Positions 1 to 12,041 are shown, counted from the first letter of the stretch. The stretch: DNA of 64,000 nt from Bacteroidaceae bacterium (GCA_900769765.1 CAAGHW010000005.1:13838-77837); one strand, 5' to 3'. Translations and numbers: made by a program. The notes: generated by a model not told the origin, from the sequence alone.

Positions 1-464
1 AACAATTGTTTCTTTTCAGAAACTTTAAGATTGTTTAACACTTCAACAAAAGACTTTGTGCTTGGAGCATCAAAATTGAAGTCCTCTACAACAACAATAG
101 CATTGTCGATTGCCTTCTGAGAAAGAGCAGATTTACGTGCAAGCTGCTTAACTTTCTTGTTCAACTTAAAGTTGTAATCACGTGGAGTAGGACCGAAAAC
201 ACGTGCACCACCCACCAACAGAGGTGAGTTGATATCACCACGACGAGCACCACCGCCACCTTTCTGACGACCGAGCTTACGTGTTGAACCTGACATTTCG
301 CTTCTCTCCTTTGACTTGTGTGTTCCCTGACGCTGAGCAGCAAGATACTGTCTAACAGCCATGTACACAACATGCTCGTTAGGCTCGATTCCGAAGATAG
401 ACTCGTCTAACGTAACCTTTCTACCGGTGCTTTCACCCTTAATATTTAATACGCTGACTTCCAT
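1..464 (-). CDS. rplD: 50S ribosomal protein L4, N-terminal part (gene runs off the window start)
   Basis: My own translation of the minus strand from the ATG at 464-462 gives [15 protein letters not shown]... The ATG overlaps the rplC stop (TAATG). Its position after rpsJ-rplC matches S10 operon order. It is absent from the ORF track because there is no stop codon in the window. Confidence 0.85.
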   Translation of the reverse strand, partial: MEVSVLNIKGESTGRKVTLDESIFGIEPNEHVVYMAVRQYLAAQRQGTHKSKERSEMSGSTRKLGRQKGGGGARRGDINSPLLVGGARVFGPTPRDYNFKLNKKVKQLARKSALSQKAIDNAIVVVEDFNFDAPSTKSFVEVLNNLKVSEKKQL

Positions 465-1081
465 TACTTTTCAATTATTACGATTGAACCATTGTAACCT
501 GGAACCGAACCCTTGATAACCAATAGGTTGTGCTCAGGAATAACCTTTAACACTTGTAGGTTGTGTGTAGTAACACGAGCGTTACCCATCTGTCCACCCA
601 TGCGAAGGCCTTTGAATACCTTTGCAGGATAAGAACAAGCACCGATTGAACCCGGCTTGCGAGCGCGGTTGTGCTGACCGTGAGTAGCCTGACCTACACC
701 ACCAAAGTTGTGTCTTTTAACAACACCCTGGAAACCCTTACCCTTTGAAGTACCTGTTACGCTAACGTAGTTAGTATCAGCAAAGAGATCTACTGTGATA
801 ACATCGCCCAAAGCGAGCTCTGTCTCAAAACCCTTGAACTCGGCCAAGTGGCGCTTGGGAGTTACACCGGCCTTCTTGAAGTGGCCTGCAAGAGGAGCGC
901 TGATACGGCTCTCCTTCTGATCCTGGAAACCAACCTGAACAGCCTCATAGCCATCCTTCTCGATTGTTTTCACCTGTGTAACTGCGCAAGGACCTGCTTC
1001 GATAACAGTGCATGGAACATTCTTACCATCGGCACTGAAAACGGACATCATTCCGATTTTTTTTCCTAATAATCCTGGCAT
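464..1081 (-). CDS. rplC: 50S ribosomal protein L3
   Basis: 205 aa. Typical uL3 sequence ([24 protein letters not shown]). Lies between rpsJ and rplD. Confidence 0.97.
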   Translation of the reverse strand: MPGLLGKKIGMMSVFSADGKNVPCTVIEAGPCAVTQVKTIEKDGYEAVQVGFQDQKESRISAPLAGHFKKAGVTPKRHLAEFKGFETELALGDVITVDLFADTNYVSVTGTSKGKGFQGVVKRHNFGGVGQATHGQHNRARKPGSIGACSYPAKVFKGLRMGGQMGNARVTTHNLQVLKVIPEHNLLVIKGSVPGYNGSIVIIEK

Positions 1082-1118
1082 TTCAGTTTAATTTAAAAAA
1101 TTAGTAAACAACATTTAA

Positions 1119-1424
1119 TTACACTTTAATCTCAACCTCAACTCCTGAAGGCAACTCAAGCTTCATAAGAGCGTCAACAGTCTTAGCTGTAGAGCTGTAG
1201 ATGTCGATCAATCTCTTGAAAGAAGAGAGCTGGAACTGCTCACGTGACTTCTTGTTCACGAAAGTAGAACGGTTAACTGTGAAAATACGCTTGTGTGTAG
1301 GCAATGGAATTGGACCGCTTACGATAGCGCCTGTAGCCTTCACTGTCTTTACAATCTTCTCAGCTGACTTGTCAACCAAGTTGTGATCGTAAGATTTAAG
1401 TTTAATTCTAATTTTTTGACTCAT
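1119..1424 (-). CDS. rpsJ: 30S ribosomal protein S10
   Basis: 101 aa. [10 protein letters not shown]...[10 protein letters not shown]...[11 protein letters not shown] is canonical uS10. Confidence 0.97.
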   Translation of the reverse strand: MSQKIRIKLKSYDHNLVDKSAEKIVKTVKATGAIVSGPIPLPTHKRIFTVNRSTFVNKKSREQFQLSSFKRLIDIYSSTAKTVDALMKLELPSGVEVEIKV

Positions 1425-1454
1425 CGTCTTTTAATATTTATAAAATTTATAATT

Positions 1455-1490
1455 GCCTGTCGGTTAAGAGTCATTCGCTAACCGACAGGC
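1455..1490 (-). terminator. 12-bp stem-loop between fusA and rpsJ (possible partial terminator or processing site)
   Basis: GCCTGTCGGTTA-N12-TAACCGACAGGC, followed by an A/U-rich tract on the minus strand. There is no clean U-run. Confidence 0.35.
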
Positions 1491-1501
1491 CTGAATTATT
1501 T

Positions 1502-3595
1502 TTACTTCTGAAGTTCCTCGAGAATCTGCTTTGTCAAAGAAGCACTTACCTGCTCGTGGTGATCGTAAGTCATTGATGATGTTGCACGACCTGAAGTGAT
1601 GGTACGCAATGATGTTACGTAACCGAACATTTCTGATAGCGGAACCATAGCCTTAACGATACGAGCACCGGTACGGCTTGTCTCAAAGCCCTCAACCTGA
1701 CCACGACGCTTGTTAAGGTCGGCGATAACATCACCCATGCTCTCCTCAGGAGTTACAACCTCAAGCTTCATTACAGGCTCGAGAAGTACAGGATTTGCCT
1801 TCTGGCAAGCGTTCTTATAAGCCTGGATAGCACAAACCTCGAATGACAACTGGTCAGAGTCAACGGGGTGATAACCACCATCGAGAAGAACAACCTTCAA
1901 AGACTCCATTGGGTAGCCTGCAAGAACACCGGCCTTGATAGCTGTCTGGAAGCCCTTCTGTACTGATGGGATGAATTCCTTAGGAACGTTACCACCCTTA
2001 ACTTCGTTAACGAACTGAAGGTTACCCTCCTTGAAGTCCTCATCAGCAGGACCAACAGAAACAAGGATCTTAGCATATTTACCCTTACCACCGGTCTGCT
2101 TCTTGTAAGTCTCATCAACCTGAACAGTACCTGTGATAGCCTCTTTGTAGCTAACCTGTGGACGACCCTGGTTACACTCAACGCTGAACTCACGTTTCAG
2201 ACGGTCGATGATAATCTCAAGGTGAAGCTCACCCATACCAGAGATGATTGTCTGACCTGACTGCTCGTCTGTTCTTACAGTAAATGTAGGATCCTCCTCT
2301 GCAAGCTTAGCAAGACCGTTAGCAAGTTTGTCAAGGTCTTTCTGTGTCTTAGGCTCAACAGCGATAGAGATCACAGGATCAGGGAATGTCATAGACTCGA
2401 GTACGATTGGAGCATCCTCTGCACAGAGTGTATCACCTGTACGAACGTCCTTCATACCGATAACCGCACCGATATCACCGGCACCGAGAACCTCTACAGG
2501 GTTCTGCTTGTTTGAGTGCATCTGGAACATACGAGAGATACGCTCCTTGCGGCCTGAACGTGTGTCAAGGATATATGAACCTGACTCGAGCTTACCTGAG
2601 TAAACGCGAACGTAGATCAAACGACCAACGAATGGGTTTGTAGCAATCTTGAACACAAGAGCAGAAGTCTTGTCATCCTCAGATGGCTTACGTGCCTCCA
2701 TCTCATCTGTCTTAGGATTCATACCCTCGATAGCTGGAGTATCGATTGGAGAAGGCAAGAATGCACATACAAAGTCAAGAAGTGGCTGAACACCCTTGTT
2801 CTTGAAAGAAGAACCGCAAGTCATAGGAGTAATCTCCAATGCAAGTGTACCCTTACGGATAGCCGCGATAATCTCCTCCTCTGTGATTGACTCAGGCTCC
2901 TCAAGAACCTTCATCATCAACTCCTCATCGAAGTCAGCAGCCTTCTCAAGAAGGTGCTCTCTCCACTGGTTAGCCTCATCAACCAACTCTGCAGGGATTT
3001 CCTCAACAGTGTAATCCAAAGCACCGTCTTTATAAACAAGCGCCTTCATTGTGATAAGGTTGATAACACCAAGGAATTTCTCCTCAGAACCGATAGGAAT
3101 TGTTACAGGACATGGGTTAGCACCAAGAATCTCCTTCATCTGACGCATTACAGAGAAATAATCAGCACCTGAACGGTCCATCTTATTTACGTAAGCAATA
3201 CGTGGTACGTTATACTTGTCAGCCTGACGCCATACAGTCTCTGACTGAGGCTCAACACCACCTACTGCACAGAATGCAGCGATAGCACCGTCAAGTACAC
3301 GGAGTGAACGCTCTACCTCAGCGGTAAAGTCAACGTGTCCCGGAGTGTCAATCAAGTTGAACTTGTACTGCTGACCTTTCCAGTTCCAGAATGTAGTAGT
3401 AGCAGCTGATGTGATAGTGATACCACGCTCCTGCTCCTGCTCCATCCAGTCCATGGTAGCAGCACCGTCATGTACCTCACCAATCTTGTGTGAAAGACCG
3501 GTGTAGAACAAAATACGCTCCGATGTAGTAGTCTTACCAGCATCGATGTGAGCACTAATACCGATATTACGGGTAAATTGTAGTTCGTTTGCCAT
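1502..3595 (-). CDS. fusA: elongation factor G
   Basis: 697 aa. GTPase motifs [17 protein letters not shown] and NKMD. Full-length EF-G architecture. Confidence 0.98.
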   Translation of the reverse strand: MANELQFTRNIGISAHIDAGKTTTSERILFYTGLSHKIGEVHDGAATMDWMEQEQERGITITSAATTTFWNWKGQQYKFNLIDTPGHVDFTAEVERSLRVLDGAIAAFCAVGGVEPQSETVWRQADKYNVPRIAYVNKMDRSGADYFSVMRQMKEILGANPCPVTIPIGSEEKFLGVINLITMKALVYKDGALDYTVEEIPAELVDEANQWREHLLEKAADFDEELMMKVLEEPESITEEEIIAAIRKGTLALEITPMTCGSSFKNKGVQPLLDFVCAFLPSPIDTPAIEGMNPKTDEMEARKPSEDDKTSALVFKIATNPFVGRLIYVRVYSGKLESGSYILDTRSGRKERISRMFQMHSNKQNPVEVLGAGDIGAVIGMKDVRTGDTLCAEDAPIVLESMTFPDPVISIAVEPKTQKDLDKLANGLAKLAEEDPTFTVRTDEQSGQTIISGMGELHLEIIIDRLKREFSVECNQGRPQVSYKEAITGTVQVDETYKKQTGGKGKYAKILVSVGPADEDFKEGNLQFVNEVKGGNVPKEFIPSVQKGFQTAIKAGVLAGYPMESLKVVLLDGGYHPVDSDQLSFEVCAIQAYKNACQKANPVLLEPVMKLEVVTPEESMGDVIADLNKRRGQVEGFETSRTGARIVKAMVPLSEMFGYVTSLRTITSGRATSSMTYDHHEQVSASLTKQILEELQK

Positions 3596-3613
3596 TTTCT
3601 TAAGCTGTTAGGA

Positions 3614-4090
3614 TTAGAAACGGAAATGTGCAAATGCACGGTTAGCCTCAGCCATGCGGTGCATATCCTCTTTACGCTTGAAAGCACCACCCTGGTTGTT
3701 GAATGCATCCATAATCTCAGCGCAAAGCTTCTCTGACATTGACTTGCCACCACGTTTGCGAGCGAACAAAATCATGTTCTTCATTGAGATAGACTCTTTG
3801 CGGTCTGCACGGATTTCAGTAGGAACCTGGAATGTTGCACCACCGATACGACGAGATTTAACCTCTACCTTTGGAGTGATGTTCTCCAAAGCCTGCTTCC
3901 AAATCTCAAGTGGAGTTTTATCCTCGCTCTTCATCTTGTTACCTACAAGCTCGAGAGCACCATAGAAAATAGTGTATGAAACGTTTTTCTTTCCGTCATA
4001 CATCAGGTGGTTAACGAATTTAGAAACCATCTGATCGTTGAAAACGGGGTCTGGAAGAACCACGCGTTTTTTTGGTTTTGCTTTTCTCAT
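3614..4090 (-). CDS. rpsG: 30S ribosomal protein S7
   Basis: 158 aa. Typical uS7 ([13 protein letters not shown]..., [16 protein letters not shown]). Confidence 0.97.
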   Translation of the reverse strand: MRKAKPKKRVVLPDPVFNDQMVSKFVNHLMYDGKKNVSYTIFYGALELVGNKMKSEDKTPLEIWKQALENITPKVEVKSRRIGGATFQVPTEIRADRKESISMKNMILFARKRGGKSMSEKLCAEIMDAFNNQGGAFKRKEDMHRMAEANRAFAHFRF

Positions 4091-4275
4091 TTTCTCTTAC
4101 GAAAATTAATGTTTTTGTTTGGCTGCGTTATCTTAAATTCTTCAACACCTCCACCGAGGCATTTACTCAACCTTATAACTTCCAACAAACCAAAACTTGT
4201 TAAATAAAATATGTTTTTGCGAGTCATATCCCAAAGTCAAAGCCGGAATCACTCATCTGCCGCTTGTTTTAAGAA

Positions 4276-4656
4276 TTACTTCTTTGCTTTGGGACGCTTA
4301 GCACCATACTTTGAACGACGCTGTGTGCGGTTTGCAACACCCGCTGTATCAAGAGTACCGCGAACGATGTGGTAACGTACACCAGGAAGGTCCTTTACAC
4401 GACCACCACGAACCAAAACGATTGAGTGCTCCTGTAGGTTGTGACCTTCACCTGGGATGTAAGAGTTAACCTCTTTCTGGTTGGTCAAGCGTACACGAGC
4501 AACTTTTCTCATAGCAGAGTTAGGTTTCTTTGGAGTTGTAGTGTAAACACGTACGCACACGCCACGACGCTGAGGACAGTTGTCGAGTGCGGGTGATTTA
4601 CTTTTCTCTACAATCACCTCTCTGCCTTTTCTTACTAATTGCTGAATTGTAGGCAT
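4276..4656 (-). CDS. rpsL: 30S ribosomal protein S12
   Basis: 126 aa. [12 protein letters not shown]..., [16 protein letters not shown] is canonical uS12. Confidence 0.97.
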   Translation of the reverse strand: MPTIQQLVRKGREVIVEKSKSPALDNCPQRRGVCVRVYTTTPKKPNSAMRKVARVRLTNQKEVNSYIPGEGHNLQEHSIVLVRGGRVKDLPGVRYHIVRGTLDTAGVANRTQRRSKYGAKRPKAKK

Positions 4657-4744
4657 TTTGTTAATTTTTTAATTATTATATATATTGTTTTTTAAATATT
4701 TCTTAACCAGAGGGCCATAGAACACTATAGTCCATTTTGGACTG

Positions 4745-4752
4745 CAAAGGTA
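4745..4752 (-). promoter_or_regulatory. candidate Bacteroidetes -7 promoter box (TACCTTTG) for the rpsL operon
   Basis: The reverse complement of CAAAGGTA matches TAnnTTTG about 90 nt upstream of the rpsL ATG. No clear -33 TTTG is present at the expected spacing. Confidence 0.3.
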
Positions 4753-4931
4753 AAAATTATTTTTCTAATAAAAAAGCATTTATCTTTTTTTTAGCAGAAA
4801 CCACCAAACAAAAAGCCCTTTTTGCGCAAAAAAGGCGAAAAACAAGCCCAAAAAGCCACTTTTTGACTGTTAAAAAATATTAAATCTTTAAACCAACACT
4901 ATTTTCACAGCAAAGAGCACGAAAAAAGAGC

Positions 4932-4963
4932 AAAAAAAAGTTCCCGCGCAAACGCAGGAACTT
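4932..4963 (-). terminator. intrinsic terminator downstream of obg
   Basis: On the minus strand: AAGTTCCTGCG-TTTG-CGCGGGAACTT (one G-U pair) followed by a T8 run, about 25 nt after the obg stop. Confidence 0.7.
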
Positions 4964-4987
4964 TCTCTTATTATATTATATAAGGTA

Positions 4988-6151
4988 TTACTCTTCATCG
5001 AAATCAAATTCATCATAGCCGAAATCCTCATCATCCACATCCTCGTCACCGGCATACTCATAATCGTCTTCCCAGTCGGCAAAGTCAGCAGCAAGCATCT
5101 TTCTGTCATAATTACGGTGAACAAGCTCTTCGCGCTTAACAGCAGCCAAGCGGTTCTCTTCACTATTCAATGCCCCCCACAGAATATCCTTCAGCTCCTG
5201 AATACCCTCACCCGTAGCCGCAGAGATAAACACATGAGGTACATCATCGGGCAGATTCTCCGAAAGCATCTCTTTCAGTTCCTCGTCAATGAGGTCGCAT
5301 TTTGTTATTGCCAACACGCGCTGCTTGTCGAGCATTTCGGGGTTGAAGGTAGCAAGCTCGTTAAGCAACACCTCGTACTCCTTTTTGATATCATCCGTCT
5401 CAGCAGGCACCATAAAAAGCAACAGCGAGTTACGCTCGATATGACGCAAAAAACGCAAACCGAGTCCTCTACCCTGACTTGCACCCTCGATTATACCGGG
5501 GATGTCCGCCATAACAAACGATTTGTTATCGCGATAAGATACGATACCCAAGTTCGGTTCAAGTGTAGTAAAAGGATAATTGGCAATCTTTGGCTTTGCC
5601 GCAGAAACTGAAGACAACAAAGTGGATTTACCTGCATTTGGGAAGCCCACCAAGCCGACATCGGCAAGCAGTTTAAGCTCCAATGTCACCGTCATCTCCT
5701 GCATCGGTTCACCCGGCTGCGCAAAGCGTGGAGCCTGACGCGTAGGGGTTGCAAAATGGACATTTCCAAGACCGCCACGGCCACCTTTCAACAAGGTTAC
5801 AAGCTGACCGTCTTCCATTACGTCACAAAGAAACTCACCTGTCTCAGCGTTATATGCTACTGTACCGCAAGGTACATCAACAATCTTGCTTTCGCCGTCG
5901 GCACCTGTACTTTTATTTATTCCACCGTTCTGACCGTTGCCTGCAAATATATGACGCTGGTATTTCAAGTGAAGCAGTGTCCAATAGTTACGGTTACCAC
6001 GCAGAATAATGTCACCACCTTTTCCGCCATCGCCACCGTCAGGACCACCATTGGGTATATACTTTGCACGATGAAGATGCGCCATTCCACGTCCTCCGCG
6101 ACCCGAACGACACACAATCTTCACATAATCTATAAAATTCGATTCAGCCAT
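4988..6151 (-). CDS. obg: GTPase Obg/CgtA
   Basis: 387 aa. Glycine-rich Obg fold ([13 protein letters not shown]). G-domain motifs [13 protein letters not shown] and TKCD. Acidic C-terminal tail. Confidence 0.96.
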   Translation of the reverse strand: MAESNFIDYVKIVCRSGRGGRGMAHLHRAKYIPNGGPDGGDGGKGGDIILRGNRNYWTLLHLKYQRHIFAGNGQNGGINKSTGADGESKIVDVPCGTVAYNAETGEFLCDVMEDGQLVTLLKGGRGGLGNVHFATPTRQAPRFAQPGEPMQEMTVTLELKLLADVGLVGFPNAGKSTLLSSVSAAKPKIANYPFTTLEPNLGIVSYRDNKSFVMADIPGIIEGASQGRGLGLRFLRHIERNSLLLFMVPAETDDIKKEYEVLLNELATFNPEMLDKQRVLAITKCDLIDEELKEMLSENLPDDVPHVFISAATGEGIQELKDILWGALNSEENRLAAVKREELVHRNYDRKMLAADFADWEDDYEYAGDEDVDDEDFGYDEFDFDEE

Positions 6152-6198
6152 AATAATAACATTTAGACCCTCACGGGCTATTCAACATTTCAACAGCA

Positions 6199-6222
6199 AA
6201 AGTTGCCGCATGCGGCAACTTT
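6199..6222 (-). terminator. hairpin downstream of adk (24-nt perfect palindrome)
   Basis: AAAGTTGCCGCA/TGCGGCAACTTT, about 35 nt after the adk stop. The T-run is partly inside the stem. Confidence 0.45.
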
Positions 6223-6256
6223 GTTTCTAAGGAACATATATTGCCCCCTATACGGT

Positions 6257-6829
6257 TCAGATTCTTGAATCTATAGCCGCTACGATATCGGCAAAGATGC
6301 GGTCAAGCTCTCCAAGACCATTGATGTAACAATGCTTGCCGTCGTTCTTGTACCACTCCTTCAAAGGCGATGTCTGTTCGTTATAGACAACAAGACGTTT
6401 TCTGATAGTCTCCTCGTTGTCGTCGGCTCTGCCAGACTCCTGACCACGCTTCAAAAGACGAGTCATGAGTTCATCTTCAGGAACATCGAGTTCAATCATC
6501 GCCGTAACCTCCTGACCACGCTCTGCAAGCATCACCTTCAAAGCCTCTGCCTGGGCTATAGTGCGTGGAAAACCATCGAAGATGACACCATTGCTGTTTA
6601 CAAGATGGTCGAGCTTGCTTGCAAGAATGCTTATCATCAGATCATCGGGAATCAGATGCCCTTTGTCAATTATCTGCTGCGCAGTCTTGCCAAGTTCTGT
6701 TCCTGCAGCAATCTCACCGCGCAGAACCTCACCTGTAGAAATATGGTTAAGAGCATATTTCTCTACAATTCTCTCACTCTGAGTACCCTTACCGCTACCC
6801 GGGGCACCAAAAATCACAATATTAAGCAT
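6257..6829 (-). CDS. adk: adenylate kinase
   Basis: 190 aa. P-loop GAPGSGKGTQ. Short-lid Adk. Confidence 0.96.
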   Translation of the reverse strand: MLNIVIFGAPGSGKGTQSERIVEKYALNHISTGEVLRGEIAAGTELGKTAQQIIDKGHLIPDDLMISILASKLDHLVNSNGVIFDGFPRTIAQAEALKVMLAERGQEVTAMIELDVPEDELMTRLLKRGQESGRADDNEETIRKRLVVYNEQTSPLKEWYKNDGKHCYINGLGELDRIFADIVAAIDSRI

Positions 6830-6844
6830 ATAATATTACGTTTA

Positions 6845-7381
6845 TCATTCTACAACATCATACACGTCAGGAAGATTACGTCCAAGACCATTGTAGTCAA
6901 GACCATATCCTACAATAAACCTGTCAGGAATCGTAAACAGCGAGTATTTCACATCGACATGCACCTGCATTCGCTCCGGCTTTACAAACAACGAAGCCAC
7001 CTCGACCGATGCGGGATTATGTCTCTTCAATGTTTCAAGCATTTTGCACATTGTATGACCAGTGTCAACAATATCTTCCAGGACAACCACATCACGGCCT
7101 TCGATAGAATCGGACAAGCCGATAAGTTCACGCACATTGCCGGTTGTCTCTGTTCCCTGATACGAAGAGAGCTTGACAAAAGAGACTTCACACTCTATCT
7201 CAAGATTCTTCAACAGGTCTGCTACAAACATAAAACTGCCATTCAACACGCCAAGAAACAAAGGACGTTTTCCGGCATAGTCTTTATTTATCTGCGCTGC
7301 TACCCTTTTTATCTCCCGGCTGATATCTTCGCGAGATATCGACAAAGCAAATTCCTTATCGTGTATCTTGACTCTTGACAT
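6845..7381 (-). CDS. hpt: hypoxanthine phosphoribosyltransferase
   Basis: 178 aa. PRPP-binding motif VVVLEDIVDTGHT. Confidence 0.93.
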   Translation of the reverse strand: MSRVKIHDKEFALSISREDISREIKRVAAQINKDYAGKRPLFLGVLNGSFMFVADLLKNLEIECEVSFVKLSSYQGTETTGNVRELIGLSDSIEGRDVVVLEDIVDTGHTMCKMLETLKRHNPASVEVASLFVKPERMQVHVDVKYSLFTIPDRFIVGYGLDYNGLGRNLPDVYDVVE

Positions 7382-7599
7382 AATTCATTCCTAATCATGA
7401 ATATCAAATACAAAATTAGAATAAAGTTCCGAAAAAAAAGATTTATGGCAGTTTTTTTAACTTTTAAAAAGCAAAAAAGCATGGTTGTCACCCTTTTAAA
7501 GAAGTTAAAGAGTTTTTTCAACCAATTTTAGAAAACTATTTATTATCTTCGCGAGAAATTAGAGATTCTGCGCCCGCGAGACTCTAAACAGAAAGCATC

Positions 7600-8658
7600 A
7601 TGAGAAAAGTACTGTTATTTTTAGCAACCTTTGCCGTATTGCCCATTATTGCACAAACCGAGGTAAGCTCTTTCTTCTCCGGAACAAACGAGGGGATAAC
7701 ATACTGTTTGCCCGATACACGCATAGAGGTTACGGTAAACGCAGCATGTATCACGCACACCCCTGGAGAGTTCAACCGATATGCCGAGAGATACCTGCGC
7801 ATAAACAATGCCATAACAGAAGCGGCAAGCCATTGGGAGATGGATGAGATAACCATCACCACAAGTGGCAAGCCAAACAGCGACAAGATGTACACCGTAA
7901 AGGTCAACAGCAGCTCAGCATGCAACATTAGCCTTTGCGACAATGGTATAATAAGAGGCATAAACATCAAAGAACAGGAGAGCGAGACATTTGAAGAGCC
8001 GCGCCCCAACAGCGCCAACCGGCATCTTGATGCGACACAATACATGACAGAAGAGATGCTTCAGGCCACATCGGTTGCAAAGCTTGCCGAACTTACCGCA
8101 AAAGAGATTTATACCATAAGAGAGAGCAAGCTTGCCATAACAAGAGGCTTGGCAGAGAGCATGCCTAAGGACGGACAGTCGATGCAACTTGTACTTGACG
8201 AATTGGACAGACAGGAAAAGGCATTGACCGAGCTATTCACAGGTCGCACCGATACCATCTACACTTCACAGTCGTATACCATAGAACCGACATCGGGTAG
8301 TGACATCAACAAAGCGATACTGTTCCGTTTTTCACGCAAATTGGGATTTGTCGACAACGATGACCTTGCCGGTGAACCTGTCTACTACAACCTGCGCGAC
8401 ATGAAAACGGTACATATCCCCACAACAGAAGAACTTGGCAAGAAGAAAATCCTGAAGAAGGAAGGAATATGTTACAACATTCCCGGAAAAGCCGAATTCT
8501 CGCTCTTCACAAGGAGCAAGAAGATGTACAACGCCGAAATATACATTGCACAGTTCGGTGTTACAGAGATATTGTCAAAAGAACTTTTCAACAAGAAGGC
8601 AACTACAAAGGTTCTTTTCAACACAGCCACAGGCGGAATTATCAGTATAGAGAAATAA
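7600..8658 (+). CDS. hypothetical secreted protein (signal peptide; possibly DUF4831 family, assigned from memory)
   Basis: 352 aa. N-terminal signal peptide MRKVLLFLATFAVLPIIAQ. I recognise no catalytic motif. Confidence 0.6.
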   Translation: MRKVLLFLATFAVLPIIAQTEVSSFFSGTNEGITYCLPDTRIEVTVNAACITHTPGEFNRYAERYLRINNAITEAASHWEMDEITITTSGKPNSDKMYTVKVNSSSACNISLCDNGIIRGINIKEQESETFEEPRPNSANRHLDATQYMTEEMLQATSVAKLAELTAKEIYTIRESKLAITRGLAESMPKDGQSMQLVLDELDRQEKALTELFTGRTDTIYTSQSYTIEPTSGSDINKAILFRFSRKLGFVDNDDLAGEPVYYNLRDMKTVHIPTTEELGKKKILKKEGICYNIPGKAEFSLFTRSKKMYNAEIYIAQFGVTEILSKELFNKKATTKVLFNTATGGIISIEK

Positions 8659-8680
8659 CAACATAAAATTATAGAACAAG

Positions 8681-10012
8681 ATGTTTGAAAACCTAAGCGA
8701 GCGTTTAGAACGCTCATTTAAGATACTTAAGGGTGAAGGACGCATCACAGAGGTGAACGTGGCCGAGACACTTAAGGATGTACGCAAAGCGTTGCTCGAC
8801 GCGGACGTAAACTACAAGGTAGCAAAGACCTTTACCGACACTGTAAAGAACAAGGCTATAGGACAGAACGTGTTGACCTCGCTCCATCCAAGCCAGCTGA
8901 TGGTAAAGATTGTACACGACGAGCTTACAACCCTTATGGGTGGCGAGACTGCCGACATCAATTACGAGGGACATCCTGCCGTCATACTTATGTCGGGTCT
9001 TCAGGGTAGCGGTAAGACGACTTTTTCGTCAAAGCTTGCCAACTTCCTTAAGAAAAAGAAGAACCGCAACCCGTTATTGGTTGCCTGCGACGTATACCGC
9101 CCTGCAGCCATCGACCAGTTGAAGGTTCTCGGTGAGCAGATTGGAGTTCCCGTATATAGCGAGCCCGAGAGCAAAGACCCCGTACAGATAGCACTCAACG
9201 CCATCAAAGAGGCAAAAGCGAAGAGCTACAACCTTGTGATAATCGATACCGCCGGCCGTCTTGCCGTTGACGAGGAGATGATGAACGAGATTGCAGCCAT
9301 CAAAGAGGCTGTAAACCCAACAGAGACACTCTTTGTCGTAGACTCAATGACCGGTCAGGATGCCGTAAACACCGCGAAGGAGTTCAACGACCGTCTTGAC
9401 TTCACCGGTGTCATCCTCACCAAGCTCGACGGTGACACACGTGGTGGTGCAGCATTGTCTATCCGTACAGTAGTGACAAAGCCAATCAAGTTCATCGGTA
9501 CAGGCGAAAAGATGGAGGCAATCGACCAGTTCCACCCCAACCGTATGGCCGACCGCATTCTGGGCATGGGCGACGTTGTCTCACTTGTTGAGCGCGCACA
9601 GGAGCAGTTCGACGAGGAAGAGGCAAAGAAACTGCAACGCAAGCTTGCACGCAACCAGTTCGATTTCAACGATTTCCTTACACAGATTGAGCAGATAAAG
9701 AAGATGGGTAACATAAAAGACCTTATGTCCATGATCCCTGGCGTGGGCAAGGCTGTCAAGGACCTTGACATCGACGACAACGCATTCAAGAGTGTAGAGG
9801 CTATCATACGTTCAATGACACCGAAAGAGCGTGCAAATCCCGACATCATCAACAACTCACGCAAGGAGCGCATAGCACGAGGCAGCGGCACAACAATGCA
9901 GGAGGTAAACCGACTGATGAAACAGTTCGAGCAGATACGCAAGACCATGAAAAATGTTGCCGGCGGCAAGATGGGTAACCTTATGAACATGATGCCTAGA
10001 TTCGGAAGATAA
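8681..10012 (+). CDS. ffh: signal recognition particle protein Ffh
   Basis: 443 aa. NG-domain motifs GLQGSGKTT, DTAGR and TKLDGD. Methionine-rich M domain. Confidence 0.97.
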   Translation: MFENLSERLERSFKILKGEGRITEVNVAETLKDVRKALLDADVNYKVAKTFTDTVKNKAIGQNVLTSLHPSQLMVKIVHDELTTLMGGETADINYEGHPAVILMSGLQGSGKTTFSSKLANFLKKKKNRNPLLVACDVYRPAAIDQLKVLGEQIGVPVYSEPESKDPVQIALNAIKEAKAKSYNLVIIDTAGRLAVDEEMMNEIAAIKEAVNPTETLFVVDSMTGQDAVNTAKEFNDRLDFTGVILTKLDGDTRGGAALSIRTVVTKPIKFIGTGEKMEAIDQFHPNRMADRILGMGDVVSLVERAQEQFDEEEAKKLQRKLARNQFDFNDFLTQIEQIKKMGNIKDLMSMIPGVGKAVKDLDIDDNAFKSVEAIIRSMTPKERANPDIINNSRKERIARGSGTTMQEVNRLMKQFEQIRKTMKNVAGGKMGNLMNMMPRFGR

Positions 10013-10030
10013 CAAATCATTTTCTATACC

Positions 10031-10912
10031 ATGCAACTGATTGACGGAAAAGCCGTTGCGGCACAAATAAAAAAAGAGATTGCCGAAGAGGTCGAGAAAA
10101 TAATCTCAAACGGAGGCAAACGCCCCCACTTGGCGGCAATACTTGTAGGACATGACGGTGGCAGCGAGACATACGTTGCCAACAAGGTAAAATCATGCGA
10201 AGAGTGCGGTTTTACATCCACTCTCATACGCTACGAAGCAGACATCACCGAAGAGGAGTTGCTGAAAAAGGTCGATGAGCTGAACAACGACCCCGATGTC
10301 GACGGTTTCATTGTACAGCTACCGTTGCCCAAGCATATCGACGAGCAGAAAGTAACCGAAGCCATCGACTACCGCAAGGATGTCGACGGATTCCACCCCG
10401 TCAATGCCGGCCGCCTTGCCATAGGATTGCCATGCTTCCTATCGGCAACACCAAACGGCATAATGGAGCTGCTTGCACGTTACAACATAGACACCAAAGG
10501 AAAGAAATGTGTTGTGCTTGGCCGCAGCAACATCGTGGGCAAGCCAATGGCAAACCTTATGATGCAGAAGAGCATTCCCGGTGATGCCACAGTAACCGTA
10601 TGCCACAGTCACACAGTGAACATAGCCGAAGAGTGCCGTCAGGCCGACATCATAATTGCAGCACTCGGACAGCCACATTTCCTGAAAGCCGACATGGTGA
10701 AGGAGGGAGCTGTTGTCATCGACGTGGGCACCACACGTGTTCCCGATGCCACACGCAAGAGCGGATTCCGCCTTTGCGGTGACGTTGATTTCGACAATGT
10801 AGCACCCAAATGTTCATACATCACCCCTGTTCCAGGAGGTGTAGGCCCCATGACCATAGTATCGCTGATGAAAAACACCCTGCTTGCAGGAAAGCGCGAA
10901 ATTTACAGATAA
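10031..10912 (+). CDS. folD: bifunctional methylenetetrahydrofolate dehydrogenase/cyclohydrolase
   Basis: 293 aa. Typical FolD sequence ([37 protein letters not shown]). Confidence 0.96.
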   Translation: MQLIDGKAVAAQIKKEIAEEVEKIISNGGKRPHLAAILVGHDGGSETYVANKVKSCEECGFTSTLIRYEADITEEELLKKVDELNNDPDVDGFIVQLPLPKHIDEQKVTEAIDYRKDVDGFHPVNAGRLAIGLPCFLSATPNGIMELLARYNIDTKGKKCVVLGRSNIVGKPMANLMMQKSIPGDATVTVCHSHTVNIAEECRQADIIIAALGQPHFLKADMVKEGAVVIDVGTTRVPDATRKSGFRLCGDVDFDNVAPKCSYITPVPGGVGPMTIVSLMKNTLLAGKREIYR

Positions 10913-12041
10913 AACCTTGAAAACAAGAGTCCTCATAGCAATATTGCTGTTCTGCACTATGCCACACATAGCATTGACGCAGGACGGCAATACTTTTTTA
11001 CAGAAGAGCAGACTTATTTTTGCCGGCGATGTGATGCAACACACCCTGCAGCTCGAAGAGGCCAAAAGAGATGACGGCACATACAGCTACAGCCATTGGT
11101 ACAGACACATCACAAAGGAGATAAAGAGCAACAACCTTGCCATTGCCAACCTTGAGACACCTATATACAAGGAAGGTTTCAGCGGTTACCTTTCGTTCTG
11201 TGCCCCCGACAGTTTCCTTTATGCCATACGCGATACAGGATTCGACGTGATACTTTTTGCCAACAACCACTGCTTCGACAAAGGCAAACGCGGAGCCATG
11301 CACACCTTGGACCTGCTCGACTCGTTGAAGTTATCACACTGCGGCGTATATCGCAACATTCAGGAGCGGGAGGAACGCTACCCCCTTATAATAGACAGCA
11401 ACGGAATAAGGATAGCCATCCTCAACTACACCTATGGCACAAACGGCAACAACATCCCCGAGCCGATGGTAGTGAACCTGATTGACAAGCCCGTCATCGA
11501 AGAGGATATATTCAAGGCAAAGAGCAAAGGGGCAGACGTTATAATAGCCTGCATGCATTGGGGAGATGAATATGTGAGGATACCGCCTGCAAGAGTGCAG
11601 GAGATGAGCCGTTGGCTGATAGAGCAAGGCGTTGACCATATCATAGGCAACCATCCGCACATAATACAGCCCATTGAGATTAGGGAGAGCGTCGAGACAC
11701 CCGACAAGCACGCTGTGGTATATTCAACAGGAAACTTAGTATCGAACATGTCAATGCGAGGCACCGACGGTGGAATGATGATTAAGATGGAGCTGAAAAA
11801 GATAATGAACTACACCCGCGCAGCATCGCTCGGATATCTGCTGACATGGATAGCCCCCAAAAAGAGCAACGGAGAGAGGGATTTCACTATTCTGCCGGCA
11901 TCAACAACCGTATGCCCCGAGAACAGCAATGCCGAGAGAAAGCTGAAACTGTTCCTTGATGATACAAAAAGACTTTTCAGCGAAAACAACAAAGGAGATA
12001 TCGTGGAGTTTACAGCCGATACGGTGTATCTCACTCCTTGA
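10884..12041 (+). CDS. CapA-family (PGA_cap) metallophosphatase-like protein
   Basis: 385 aa. Motifs [31 protein letters not shown] and GNHPHIIQP. The ATG at 10884 overlaps folD by 29 nt. An in-frame TTG at 10917 ([13 protein letters not shown]...) would give a cleaner signal peptide and may be the real start. Confidence 0.75.
   Translation: MQESAKFTDKTLKTRVLIAILLFCTMPHIALTQDGNTFLQKSRLIFAGDVMQHTLQLEEAKRDDGTYSYSHWYRHITKEIKSNNLAIANLETPIYKEGFSGYLSFCAPDSFLYAIRDTGFDVILFANNHCFDKGKRGAMHTLDLLDSLKLSHCGVYRNIQEREERYPLIIDSNGIRIAILNYTYGTNGNNIPEPMVVNLIDKPVIEEDIFKAKSKGADVIIACMHWGDEYVRIPPARVQEMSRWLIEQGVDHIIGNHPHIIQPIEIRESVETPDKHAVVYSTGNLVSNMSMRGTDGGMMIKMELKKIMNYTRAASLGYLLTWIAPKKSNGERDFTILPASTTVCPENSNAERKLKLFLDDTKRLFSENNKGDIVEFTADTVYLTP

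Noticed and set aside
1425-1501. Apparent loss of tuf between fusA and rpsJ
   Set aside because: fusA followed directly by rpsJ, with tuf elsewhere, is the normal arrangement I know for Bacteroidota. It is not a deletion.
3352-3753. 133-aa minus-strand ORF bridging the rpsG/fusA junction, and the 70-aa ORF at 161-373 inside rplD
   Set aside because: Both are out-of-frame overlaps of ribosomal and EF-G genes, with low-complexity products.
6332-7378. 348-aa plus-strand ORF spanning the adk and hpt loci
   Set aside because: It overlaps two well-supported minus-strand genes and crosses their intergenic gap. It has no motifs and no promoter or start context.
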